A DNA stretch of 64,000 nt from Cenococcum geophilum (taxonomy: Eukaryota): contig CP158635.1 of NCBI GenBank assembly GCA_050273025.1, positions 29,264,001 through 29,328,000 on the forward strand. The letters are read 5' to 3'. Position numbers and translations under genes: made by a program. Of the stretch, positions 1 through 13,122 are shown piece after piece. A model generated the notes under the pieces. The model did not search any database. It saw only the letters and a program-made list of their open reading frames with translations, and was not told the origin of the DNA. How positions within the stretch are numbered: the first letter of the stretch is position 1; every line of letters starts with the position of its first letter.

Positions 1-3000
1 TCCCTAATCCTCTTACCTATTAGGTAAAAGGAGTAAACTATGCTTCTTCTTTAACTAACTTAAAAATAAGCTAAATAGTAATATTAATCGCTACCCTACT
101 CCTAATAGCTAGTTATGTTATGCTATAAGCCGCCTAATAGAAGGCGCTATAGAAACTATATACCCGTTTTAGCCGAGTACTATAAAAGAACTAGTTACTA
201 TACTAAAAGCATCTTATAGCGACCCTAACTAAATTACTATAGTATAAAGAAAACTAAATAAGATAATATAAGGTTCTAAGAGCTTTCTATTATACTTTAC
301 CAAATCTTACTACTATACTAAAGAGACTAAATAGAACGAACCCGCCTTAATTAATCGCCTAGTAGAGCCCCTAAACTCTAAACTAAAGGCTTTCCTTATA
401 GGAGTTAAGCTGCCGGATACCCTTACCGCCTATACTAATGTTATTAATGGCTTATACAACGATATACTACGCCTCGCCTTAAAATATACACCTTAATACT
501 CTGCCCCCTAGCCGCCTAGGACCCGTAAAGACCTAAACGCTATAGATATTAACGCTAGAACCCTCTCTTACGCCCTAAAAGGATTTACTAAACGTAAATA
601 ACGTATTAAATACGGCCTTTGTTTTAAGTGTGGAAGCAACGCTTATATCTTAAGTTACTACTCTATCCCGCTGCCCTAAATATATATATAAATAACTAGT
701 ATAGGTGGTGTACCGCTATCCTAAATATATAAATAGGCAACTAATATAAGCAACTAATTGCCTTAAATAAGCCTTATTTACCGACCCTAATTATTATTTA
801 GCTCTAACACGTTATTTAATAAGCACTACTTATAAGGATAAAGCTATAACCGATATAATATAAAAACTCCGCCCTAATTGCCTCTAAAAGGAAGGTCCTA
901 GAGCTAAGTCGCTCTCTAAAACGGCTTTACATTAGGATCTTGTTAAATACTTTAAACGTTACGAACTCTAACTCTTAGGATTATAGCATAACTGTTAACT
1001 ATTATCTTTAGTAGAATAATTAATAGGCTAATGCTTAAGTTCTAATTAATACAGGAGCTAGTAGTATAGGATTTATTAATAAGATCTTCGCGTAAGATAA
1101 TAGTTTTACCTTAACCCCCCTTAACCAGCATATTAATATATTTAGATTTAATGGTAAACGTATAATCTTAGGCCGAATTACCTACGTAGTATACCTAAGA
1201 CTTTAATACCTAAACTATAAAGAACTAACTAGGCTTTTTATTACTACCCTAGGTTATTTAATAATCCTTAGATAACCTTAGATAAAGCTATATAAGGTAA
1301 CCATTAATTAGGATAACTTTAAGCTTTTATTTACTGCCCCGCATTATAAGTAAGAATACTCTATAACGTACTACTCTAACCCTAAACTAAAATCTAGGAA
1401 ATCTACTAAGATCTACTTTACGCCTAAGGAATCTACCAGATTCTACTAGTATAGGAATTCTACTAAATTCTACTAATATAAGAATTCCACCGACATCCAC
1501 TAAGGATCTAAAAATTCCTCTAAATTCTATAAGTTATTACTAAGCACTATACCGCCCTAAACTAAGTAGAATCTTAAGCTTAGTATATAAAACTACTAGA
1601 AGAACTAGTATCCTATAATAAAAAGATTACTTAAAGAACCTAAACCTAAATCTAATACTAACTCCGTATCTAATACTAAACCTAAAGCCGAATAAGAATT
1701 TACGTAAGAAACTATAGACGGCCTAAGTAAGCTTAATACTCTAGATATCCACATAATTAGAGCTACCCTACTAGTGTAACTTGCCAAGAAACCTAAGTAT
1801 ACGATCTTCGCTATTATAATAGCCGATATTAAGAAGGCCTTAGTACTAAAGAAGCACACCACCCTACCACAAAGGTACTAGTAGAGTATTATTACTGCCT
1901 AAATGCATTCTTATAAAAGGAAGCTAATAAGCTACTGGAATACCGACTATATAACTATAAGATTATACTTAAAGAAGGAAAGCAGCCTAGATTTAGACCC
2001 CTATATAGAATATTCTAAAATAAACTCTAAGTGCTATAAAAGTATTTAGACGAAAACCTAAGTAAAGGATTTATTAAAGCAAGTTTGTCGCCTATAGCCG
2101 TACTAGTAATCTTCGTTAAGAAACTTAATAGTAGTCTACGCTTCTATATAGACTACTAAGCTCTTAACGCCATTACTATTAAGAACTAATATCCGATCCT
2201 ATTAATATAAAAGACGCTAAACCGACTAAGTAAGGCTCGCTACTATATAAAGCTTAATATTATCTCTATATTTAATCGTCTCCGTATAGTAAAAGGAGAT
2301 AAATAGCTTACTACATTTCGTACTCGGTATAGATTATTTAAATACTTAGTAATACTATCTAGCCTTATAAATACCCCAAGCTTATTTTAACATTATGTAA
2401 ATAATACCCTACGTTCTTGCCTAAATATCTTCTATACCACTTATATTAACGATATTTTAATATATAGTAATAACCTAACCAAATACTAAAAATATGTTAA
2501 CCTTATTTTATAAGCCTTATATAGAGCTTGTTTATAATTAAATATAGATAAATATAAGTTCTATAAAATGGAAGTCCTATACCTTAAACCTCTTATCTTT
2601 ATAAATAGCATATAAATAGACCTAAAAAAAGTTAAAGTAATTATAAACTGGTAAGAACCTAAGAACGTTAAGGATATAAGAGCCTTTATAGGATTTGCTA
2701 ATTTCTATTAATGGTTTATTAATAACTTCTCCGCCCTAGTTTTACCCCTTATAGCTTTAACCTAAAAGGATAAAACCTTTATCTTTAATAAGGAATGTAA
2801 AAAGGCCTTTGCCTATCTAAAGGTTATATTTACTACTACGCTAGTACTTTAATACTTTAACCTAAACTAAATAAGTGTTATAAAAGCTGACTTATCTAAC
2901 TATATTACTAAAGGCATTCTATCTTAATATAACGAGGATAGAGTATTACACCCTATAGCATACTTCTTAAAATAACTAAGCCTAGCTAAATATAACTACG

Positions 3001-6000
3001 AAATCTACAATAAAGAATTATTAGCTATTATTAGATATTTTAAACAATAGCGACCCAAATTAGAAGGCGCTAAATTCTTTATTAAGGTCCTTAGCGACTA
3101 TAAGAACCTATAATACTTTATAACTATAAAACAGCTAAGCCACCATTAGGCCTACTAGTTAAAATACCTATCCTATTTTTAATTCTTAATTATATACCGC
3201 CTAGGTATTTAAGGCTAAAAGCCTAATACCCTAACCTAATTCTCGTAAGACGCGCTAGTACTAAAAGAAGCGCGCTTTTACCAAAATTAGACCTTACTTC
3301 GCCCTAAACTATTTAACCCTCTTACTAAAGATATTATAGTATACGTCCTTAAAATAACTAATTAATTAATTAAATAGATTATAACTAACGAATACCTAAA
3401 CAACGAGTTTATTTAAGAGACGCTTAAGCTAATATAAAATGGTATTAAATGCTCTAAAAGGATTTCTCTAAGTAAATATAAAGCCTATAGGAACCGCTTA
3501 GTTATATCCAACTATAATAAACTTAAGCTTAAGCTTCTTAAATATATATATAACCTACTAGTAGCCGGCCACCTAGGCTAAGGAAAAACCTTAAAGCTAC
3601 TCTAACGGGAGTATTACTGGCTAAATATATATAATATAATACGAAGATATATCTCTAGCTACTATATCTACTAATAAGCTAAAGCTTTATATAAGACATA
3701 TAACGGCCTACTAAAGCCACTACCTATTCCGGACTAAAGATAAAAGGATATCTTAATTAACTTTATTATTAACCTCCTCGTAAGTAAGGGCTATATAAAT
3801 ATTATAGTAGTTATAGACTAACTATTTAAGATAAGACACTTAATCGCCTGCCCTAATATATTAATACCTACTATTACCTAACTATTCCTAGATTATGTAT
3901 AGAAACTCTATAAACTCTCTAAAACAATTATCTCTAATAAAGGTAGCCAGTTTATCTCTATATTTTAGAAAAAACTAACTACTTAACTCTGTATTAAAGC
4001 ACTACTATTTATAGTAGAAATAGATAGTTAAACGGAACGTATAAATGCTATAATAAAACAGTATATCCGGATATACACGATATACTTATAAGATAACTAG
4101 ATTAGCTAGCTTATATTTATTAAGTTTACTATAAATAATTCCGTTTTAGAAACTATAAAGGTCTCCCCGTTCCTAGTTAACTACGGCTAGTATTTATAAA
4201 TAGGTTTTAAACCCTTTAGTAACGTCCCTTGCCCTGCTTATTACGCCTTATAAGTTATAGAAGTAAATAAATTTATAAAAAAGATAGAGGAACTATAATA
4301 GTTCCTTACTAATAACATAATATAGGTTTAATTCGTCTATAAAGTCGTAGCGAATGAAAAATAAACCCTAGTACTAGCCTATTAAATTAGTAACTTTATC
4401 TAGCTAGATATAAAAAATCTAAATATAAAACAACCTACTAAGAAACTTAATTAGAAGAACGCTGGCCCTTATAAAGTTAAGAAGGTTATCTCCTCTTACT
4501 CCTACTAATTAAAGCTCCCTAATATAGTTAAAATCCACCCTATATTTTATACATTAGTTCTCTACCCTACTACCCCTATATTAAACCCCCTGCCTAAATA
4601 GGTATAGAACCCTCCCCTACTAGTTAAAGTAGATAATAAGAACAAGTACTTTATTAAAAGAATTAATAATATAAAGTATAATAAACGGAAACGCTAATAT
4701 ATATATCTTATAAAATAGAGAGGCTTTATTAAGCCCTTATAGGAACCTATTAACTCTATAGAACTTATATAAGCTGTAAAAGACTTTTATAAACTCTACC
4801 TAAAACTACTACAGCCCCATCTTATAGAAGCTTAAGTTTAAAGGGGGGGTACTATTATAAAACACCCCCGTAATACCTTATATACGCCTATTTATTTCTA
4901 CTAACTACAAGACCGCAATTTACCGCGACCTGTAGTAATCTAACGGTAATCTGCTATATTCTACTATATTCCGCTAAGTTCTACTAAATCCTACTAAGTT
5001 TTGCTAGGACTATAACCTAAATCCTATTCTACTTTGTATACGTATTAACTAAGCAACTAAGTTAACTATATATACTATTAGCGACTCAGTCAATCGAGGC
5101 ACGAGCACGGTAAGAGGGACGCGCAAGCCTATACAATTAGTAGTCTATAAACGAAGATCTAAAGCTAAAGAAAGGAAAGGAGACGGAGGGTAGCGCCGCT
5201 TAACGTTATATACAATCCTCTGGTTATGTAATGGCAACTATCTAGAACTATATAAAACTGTCTATAACTATTTACGACTATCTACTATAATCTACCAATA
5301 TCTATTAATGCCGTAACATTACCCCCCCCCCTCCGAAAAAGCCTGCCCTTAGGCTTTATACGTCCGTATTATGTCTATAGGGTATTCTTATCCTTATACT
5401 TAATAGGCAGCTTATTATCTTTGCTACTCTAGCACTCTATCTACTAGTTAAGGTACTTTAGGGGTCTGGGTTTATTAGGGTAACGACTATAAAATTCCTA
5501 AAGCTTATGGGGACTACCTATAAAGTTCTATATAGGGTACTAAGTGGGGTCTGGGTTGTACCCTTTCCAACTAATATAATATTTTAACGTTCTTCTTATA
5601 AGCTTATAGGCCAGTATTTCTTTAATTTCCCATTCGTCGTCGCTATTAACTTAGATCGGTAGGGGAGGTTTATTCTTTTATCTAGGTAATAAGTCGTTTG
5701 CGGCTTTCTGTAGTTTATCTAAAGAGAAAATAGGGTGAACTTTAATTAAATCTAGGAGCTTTACTTTATACGCATTGCCTATCTTTTTAAGAACTTTATA
5801 CGGTCCTGCCATCTAATAGTCTAGCTTACGGCTAGGTTGTTCCGTCTTTTAGTTCTTTATTATAACCTAGACTATATCTTCTACGGTAAAGTCAGGCTCT
5901 TACCTATACTTATTCGCCTACTATTATATTAATTTCTGGGCCTTTTCTAGATTTATATAGGCTACTGTCTAAGCTTCTTCTAAGCGCTTAGCGTACTACT

Positions 6001-9000
6001 AAGCTTCCTCCTAAGATAGTTTTTCGCGTATGGTCTAGAGTCCTTCTAGTTTTTCCCAGTTAAAGCTTGTATGGGGTAAGTAGCTTATTTCTAGCTAGAT
6101 AGGGGCAAATCCTATAGAGTCGTAAGGTAGGGTCGCTTGGGCGTAGTTTATTAGGGGTAGTAGTTCGGCCTAGTTATCTTAGAAGTAGTTAACGAAGGGC
6201 CGAAGTCTTTGGTTTAAGTATTAATTTATAATTTCCGTCTAACCATCTATCTAGGGGTAGTATGCTGTAGAAAGCTTTAGCTTAATACTTAAGATCTAGG
6301 TAAACTTATTCTAGAAAGCCGAAATAAATTACAGCCTATAATCGGATATAATAGTATCTAGTAGTCTATAAATTTGGTAGACGTAATAGATATATAGTTA
6401 AGCCGCCTCTTTAACATTAATATTCTTATAATAGGGGATTAAGAACGGGCGTTTGCTAAAGCGGTTAACTAAGATTATAACTATATCGTATCCGTTACTG
6501 TCCGTAGGTAGTTTATAAAAGTCTATAAAGATATACTACTAGGGGCGTTCTGGTATTAGGAGTGGTTTTAATAATCCTAGGGTCTTATCTCGTAGAATTA
6601 TAAATCTATAGCAGTTGTTATAGTTCCGTATATAGCGGTTAATATTTATAACTATTTTAGGCTAGTAATAGCGGTTACTAATAATCTTATAGGTCTTATT
6701 TTTTTTTAGGGTAGGCTATAGAGACCTAGGTATAAGCTTTGGCAATAAGCCGAGTTTGTAAGTTCTATTTCTTAGCTACTACTAGCCGTTCTTAGTGCTT
6801 AAGTAGTCCGTTTTTAAAGGACTATAGGCTAGTAACGTTCCTTATCTTTTTATAGTACTCCTATAGAGAGGGGTTTATTTAGTTAGCCTATAGTAGTTTA
6901 TTAATAAGGTCAAGTTTAGAGGAGTTAATAGGATATATCTTAGCGCCTAAGGAGTCCGTGCTTAGTTCTGCCCATATTTAGGGGTTAAGGTATTCTAGTT
7001 ATAGTAGCGTCTAGGTCTATAATAAGATCTTTATAGCCGTCTAGTTATTTAGGTTTTACTTACGCCTTATAAAAGCGTCTATATGGTTTATAGCGCCTAG
7101 CCTATATATAATTAAGAAGTTAAACTAAGATAGGGTATTTACCTAGCGTGCCTGCTAGGCTGTAAGGGCCTTAGTTATTATAAAGTATTCTAGGGCCTTA
7201 TAATCTAAAACTACCTTAATTAGCTTAGGGGTCCCCTCTAGCTATATACGCTAGTGCTAAAAGCTAGAGATAATAGCTAGCATTTCTTTATTATAGATAT
7301 AGTAGTTTAGCTTAGTATCTATTATAGTCTTTAAATAGTATATAATAGGGTGCCACTCTCCGTCCAGTTGCTTTTAGGAAAAAATACTAGCTATTACGCT
7401 GTCTAAGGCATTAGTTTCTAGTATTAAAGGCCGTTTTAGGTCAAAATAGGTAAGTAGGGGAGCCGATACTAGCCGTTTCTTAAGCTTATTAAAGGCCTGC
7501 TTATATATAGCGTTAAAGTAAAAGGGCTAGTCTTTTCTAGTAAGACGGTTAAGAGGCTAGGCGATTTTGCTATAGTTCTTAATAAAGCGTTAGTAGAAGT
7601 TATAAAAACCTAAAAATAATTATACCCCCTTTACGGTCCGTGGGAGTGCCTACTAGTTAATTACGGCCGTCTTCTCTGGGTCGGTTTTAATTCCGTTTAT
7701 ACTAATAATAAAACCTAGGTACTTTATACGCTTAACACTAAACTCTAACTTCTTAATATTAACCTAAAGGCTATCCTTGCGGAGCCGTTATAGGACCTTA
7801 TAGATATACTCCTCGTATTCTAGCTCGTTCTTAGAGTAGATTATAATATTATCTAAATAGGCCGTATAGAAGTCGTTAAGGTAATTAAAGAGTATATCGT
7901 TTATATACCGCTAGTACGTAGCTAGTCTATTAGTTAGTCTAAAAGGGAGTACCTTATATTTATACGTTCCGTAATAGGTCTAAAATATAATAATATTTTT
8001 AGACCTAGGGTTTATCCTAATTTAGTAAAAGGCCTAGTAGATATTAAGCTTTATAAAGACTTTAGCTCTACTTATTTAGGCTAGAGTTTTATTAAGTAGG
8101 GGTAGCGGATAGTGGTCCTTACGGGTTATATTATTTAGCTTATAGTAGTTAATACAGAAGCAGAGTCCTCTATTTAGCTTTTTAATAAAGAAAATAGGCG
8201 AGGTAAAAGGGGCTTATCTAGGATTAATAAAGCCCTTATTTAGGTTATTAATAAGATACTGCTTTATAGCCTATAATTCGGTAATAGATTGCTTATAAAG
8301 GGGGCTAAAGCTAAGGGTATTTTTCTTGCCCTGCTTAATCTTAATCTTATAGTTATACGGTTAGTAAGGTAGAAGTATATTAGACACTACTTTAGAGAAT
8401 ATATCTTTAAATTTCTGGTATTAATAGGGCAGCTTTTATTCTACTAGTTCCTTATTTATAAGCTCGCTTTTTTATCCGCTAAGCTCCCTTCCCTTTTCCT
8501 TAATTATTTAATTAATTTCGTATAAGCTCGTTATAAAGGCGATAGTATTAGGCTAAACTAAGTTCTAGTAAAATCCTACGGCACTAATATAGTAGATATT
8601 AACTAGTGGGAGGTCTACTAGTTTCCTTATAGCCGTTTTCCGGACTATCTTTTATAGTTTAGGGTTTATAATCTTTCTTAGCTCCTATTCTATTTTCCGT
8701 AGATTTTCCCTTTAATCTATTAGTTTAGTATAACGTCTAATATCCCTTACTGTTTTTTATAGCTATATAGGGCCTAAGCTCTCTATAAGGGGCTTTTTTA
8801 GGTCACTACTAACTTCCTAGGTCTTTAATATGGGTAGCGTAATATAGGTAGTTTAGGGGCGATATAGTATACAGATCCGTTGCGAATTAAGCTATATATC
8901 TTTCTTAAAGGCCTAGTCCTTACGCATAGCATCGGCCTAGTAAATAGTATTAATCTAGGGCTATATAAGGTTTTCTATAGTAATGCTAATTTCTTTTATA

Positions 9001-11152
9001 AAGGGAGAGTTAGGGGTATAGTTTTAGGCTAGATAAGCTATCTACTTTATATATTAAGCTATAAGCCTAAATAGGCTAGCTATTTTTGCCCTAAGATTAT
9101 ATTATAGCTACTTAGGTCCATAATAAGGAAGGGGACGTTATACTACCTTTGTCTATTAACACGGAAATAAATCCGCAAGATAGTTGTAATAGGTGGCCCT
9201 ATCCGCCCGTTATACCCGTAAATAGGAATTAGTTTAGGCAGTTCTTTAATAGGTATATTTAGAAAGTTAGCCAGCTTTATAGCATACTGGGTATCTATTA
9301 AGGTAAAGGTATTTGCTTTAGAGTTAGCTAAAGCAGAGATTAAAACTTGGTATTTATTATAGAATAAAATATAAGGGATAGTGTAGCTTTTTTTACTAAC
9401 TAGCTAACCTAGATTAATATCTAATATATTAATCCCTTTTAACCCTAAAGAGGAGTCTTCCTCTAAGGTTCCTCTTTTTCTGACTCCGTGCTATCCTCCT
9501 AGATTAACAAAACCTTGTTCGCTTTTATACCTATTAGGCAATTCTTTATATAATAACCTTTCTAACTATAAAAAAAGTAAGCTCCTTAATTACTAAGGGC
9601 CTATATATAGGGGTTGCTATATATAAGCCGAGCATTTGCTAGACCTATAGTAGGATTAGCTACTAAATTGGCGGCGGGCTATATAGGTGGTACTATAGGG
9701 GTTGCCGATTGTGCTGGGGTATTATGGGCCGTTCTTATATTACTTATAGTCTGATTTAAAGGGTTTCTAGCTTTATACTATTTAGCACATACCTTAATTT
9801 AATGGAGGCCTTAGTTAATAGCTAAGCACTAGTTTATAAGTTCCTTTAGCGTTTATATAGTAGTAAAAACTAATAGTACGGCTCGCTGTAGGTCTAGGGT
9901 AAGCTTATTAAATAGGTCTAGTATTAAATCTTCCTGGGGAATTTAGGCCTAGCCGGCTAGGTACAGAAAGCGGGTCTAAAAGGCTAAAAAGGTCTCTATT
10001 GTTTTTATATTTAGGCTTTTATAATTAAGTTAGGTATTTTATACTTTAAAGGGATCCTTATAAATAGAAGATAGGTAGATAATTATCTCTTCTTTAGAGA
10101 GGAAGGGATTTATTAAGTCCTATGCGTACTAAGGATATAGGTACGTCTATATATCCCTATTAGTACGGCTAAAGACATAGGCTATTTTAGCTTAAGTAGT
10201 AAGGAAGTGGTCTATATTAACTTTAAGCTTATTCTATAATTAAAGCTTCTAATTATTAAATATAGGGTTAGTTCTGTTTGTAAGTAATAGGGGGTTTATA
10301 ACCTTTACGGACCGCGATAATGCTAATGCTATATATTAGGCTAGAGCCTTAAGGACTATAGTAAGTCTTTAGGTGTTTAATAACTTTTTACTAGGTATAG
10401 GGGGTTTTTTAGCTTTAAGTAGCTCTTAAAGTTGTTTAATTTTGGTATTAGCTACTATAAGCTCTACCTAGGAGTTTAAGTTAGTTACTATTTTACTATT
10501 GGAGGTATTTAAGGGTCTTATAGCTGCTTTGCCAGCTGCTATATTTCTTAGTATTGTAATATAGTTATTAGGGTAATTTCTAGTAGAATTCTGTAGGGGT
10601 TCTGGTTTGTACATGTTTTATAAATCTTGTTATTCTTTTCTATTCTTTTAGTTCTGTTTTATTCTTTAAGTTCTAGTAATAGTCTTTAGGTCTACTTCTA
10701 TGTTCTATTCTTATTTATAGTCTATAAATATTTTTAAATTCCCTCCTAAGAAGAAGAGGTAGTATAGCTTTAGATAATATTAGCGACTTAGTTAATTAAG
10801 GCACGAGTATGGTAAGAGGGACGCGTAAGCCTATACAATTAGTAGTCTATAAATGAAGATCTAAAGCTAGAAAAAGGAAAGGAAACGGAAGGTGGCGCCG
10901 CTTAATATTATATACGATCCTCTGGTCACGTAACGGTAACTATTTAAAACTATATAAAACTGTCTGCGACTATCTATAACTATCCGCCATAATCTACTAA
11001 TATTTATTAGTGCTGTAATATATACCCTTTCTTCCCATTTTCCTACATTTTTTCCTTATGCAACGTCTTAATTTTATTATATAGTTTATATATATAGCTT
11101 AATAATATCTACTCTGCTATATATTATCGTCGCTTATACTTACTCCACAATA
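1..11152 (+). mobile_element. Ty3/Gypsy chromovirus, family A copy 1 (5' end outside window; RIP-inactivated); 3' LTR split by element B
   Basis: Degenerate gag with CCHC knuckle (~618-660), then protease, RT (YIDD-like 'tatattaacgat' ~2441), RNase H, integrase (GPY ~4463) and chromodomain. PPT aagggggggt at 4841-4850. 3' LTR at 4853-5075 + 11026-11152 matches the LTRs at 12773-13122 and 50194-50564. Confidence 0.93.
5076..11020 (-). mobile_element. Full-length Ty3/Gypsy chromovirus, family B, RIP-inactivated, inserted in the 3' LTR of A1
   Basis: 243-bp LTRs at 5076-5318 and 10778-11020. TSD TATAC at 5071-5075 and 11021-11025. Minus-strand PPT at 5322-5333. Minus-strand gag-PR-RT (YLDD-like)-RH-IN, with a chromodomain (DEWEIKEIL..YYISWKGY) at ~5500-5640. 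Confidence 0.95.
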
Positions 11153-13122
11153 GGTAAATAAAAGCTTAAAGTTGTCTTAATTAATAGTAACCTTATATAG
11201 CTTTATCTATAGTTATTTAAGGATTATTAAGTAACCTAGGGTGGTAATAAAGAGTCTAATGAATTCTTTATGGTTTAGGTATTAGAGTCTTAGGTATACT
11301 ATATAGGTAATTCGGCCTAAGATTATGCGTTTACTATTAAATCCAAATATATTAATATGCTAGTTAAGAGGGGTTAAGGTAAAACTATTATCTTATATAA
11401 AGATCTTATTAATAAATTCTATACTACTAGCTCCTATACCAATTAGAACCCAAGTATTAGCCCACTAATTACCTCACTAAAGGCGGTAGTTAACGGTTAT
11501 ACTATAGTTCTAAGACTTAGAGTTCGTAATATCTAAAGCATTTAATAAAATTCTAAGGCAGAGCCGTCCTAGAGAGCGACTTAGCTCTAAAACCTTCCTT
11601 TTAAAGGCGATTAGGGCGGAGTTCTTATAGCGTATTAATTATAGCTTCGCCCTTATAAGTAGTACTTACTAGGTATAGGGCTAGAACCAGATAAGGAAGG
11701 CTATAAGCAATAACTTAAGGTTAGGCGCGGTAGATAATTACTAAAATTAGCCGTTTATAAATTGTTTTAGGGTATAGGTAGGGGGATAAGACAGTATTTT
11801 AAGATATAGTCCTTACTTTAACACTTAAAGTAGAGGCCTAGCTTAATACGTCTTTCCCGTTTAAAGAACCTTAGTAGGGCATACTTTAGAATTCCAGTAT
11901 TAATATCTATGGCGTTAGGGTGCTTAGGCTAAGATAATAACTTAGTAAATATTTACGGGGTTGCTATATTGTATTAAGGGGCGGGCTTTAGTATTAGGCG
12001 TAGTATATTATTATACAGTTTATTAATAACGTTTATATAGGTATTAAGGGCTCCTAGTAGGTCTATACCTATTAGGGAGGTTTTTAGTTTAGGGCTTAGG
12101 GACTTAATAAGGCTATTAATTAGTATAGAGTTGTTCTAGCCAGTTTCCCTTACGTAACGGCTAAATTTGGAGAAGTATACTAAAAAACCTTTCGTTCCTT
12201 AAGCTATATAGTTTATTTTCCTCTAAGCAATAGCTTAGCGGTTTAGGTTACTATATATAGCTTTAAAAAGTACAACTAGGCTTTATACTAAGTTCGGCTA
12301 GAGAGATTTAATAAGGTTAACTACTTCTTCTCCTTATTAACTTAAGGCGTAATAGAGTTAATTAGCGTTACTAGTTAGCTTATTTTTAAGCTAGCTTAGA
12401 AATAACTAAAGCTTTTATTATTTATTAGTAAATACTAGGGGGTCTAGTAGTTTCTTAGATCGTTACAGTATAGTAGTTAATTTAAAGTAAATAACTACTA
12501 CTAGTTTAGGGCTCGCGTTCCGTATATAGGCCTCTAGAAATAGTGTTTAATCTTAGGGCCCTAGTATAAGTATTTTAAAAATACAAATTTCTTCTTAGAG
12601 GGCTTTAATTAATTATTAGTGTTAGACCTTTTATTCTGCGAGGGAGTTTATAAAGGACGTCTATAAACCTACTATCTACTCGTTAAGCACGGCAAGTATA
12701 TTAGCTGCCGTTATAGGAGCTTTAGGTACGTTCTGCATTTTAATAATAGTATAGGTAGTTAACGCAATATAGTATTATAGAGTAAGTATAAGCGGCGACA
12801 ATATATAGCAAGGTAGATATTATTAAGCTATATATATAAACTATATAAGGAGGTTAAGACGTTATATAAGAAAAGAAGGTAAGAAAACGGAAAGAAAGGG
12901 TATATATTATTAGCTTAGTTACTTAATTAATACGTATATAGAGTAAAATAGGATTTAGGAAGTAGTCCTAGTAGAACTTAGTAAGAGTTAGTAAAACTTG
13001 GCAGAATATAGCAGAATATAGCAGATTGCCGTTAAATTGCCATCTTATAGTTAGTCTTTAGTTATTAAGTTAGTGGAAATAGGTAAACGTATATAAGGTA
13101 TTATAGGGTATGTCCCGTAACA
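11153..13122 (-). mobile_element. Ty3/Gypsy family A copy 2: 5' LTR, gag and protease start, interrupted by copy A1
   Basis: LTR at 12773-13122 (minus-strand start TGTTACGGGACA). The internal part is the reverse complement of the A3 gag/protease (50565-52225). It breaks exactly at the end of the A1 3' LTR. Confidence 0.9.
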
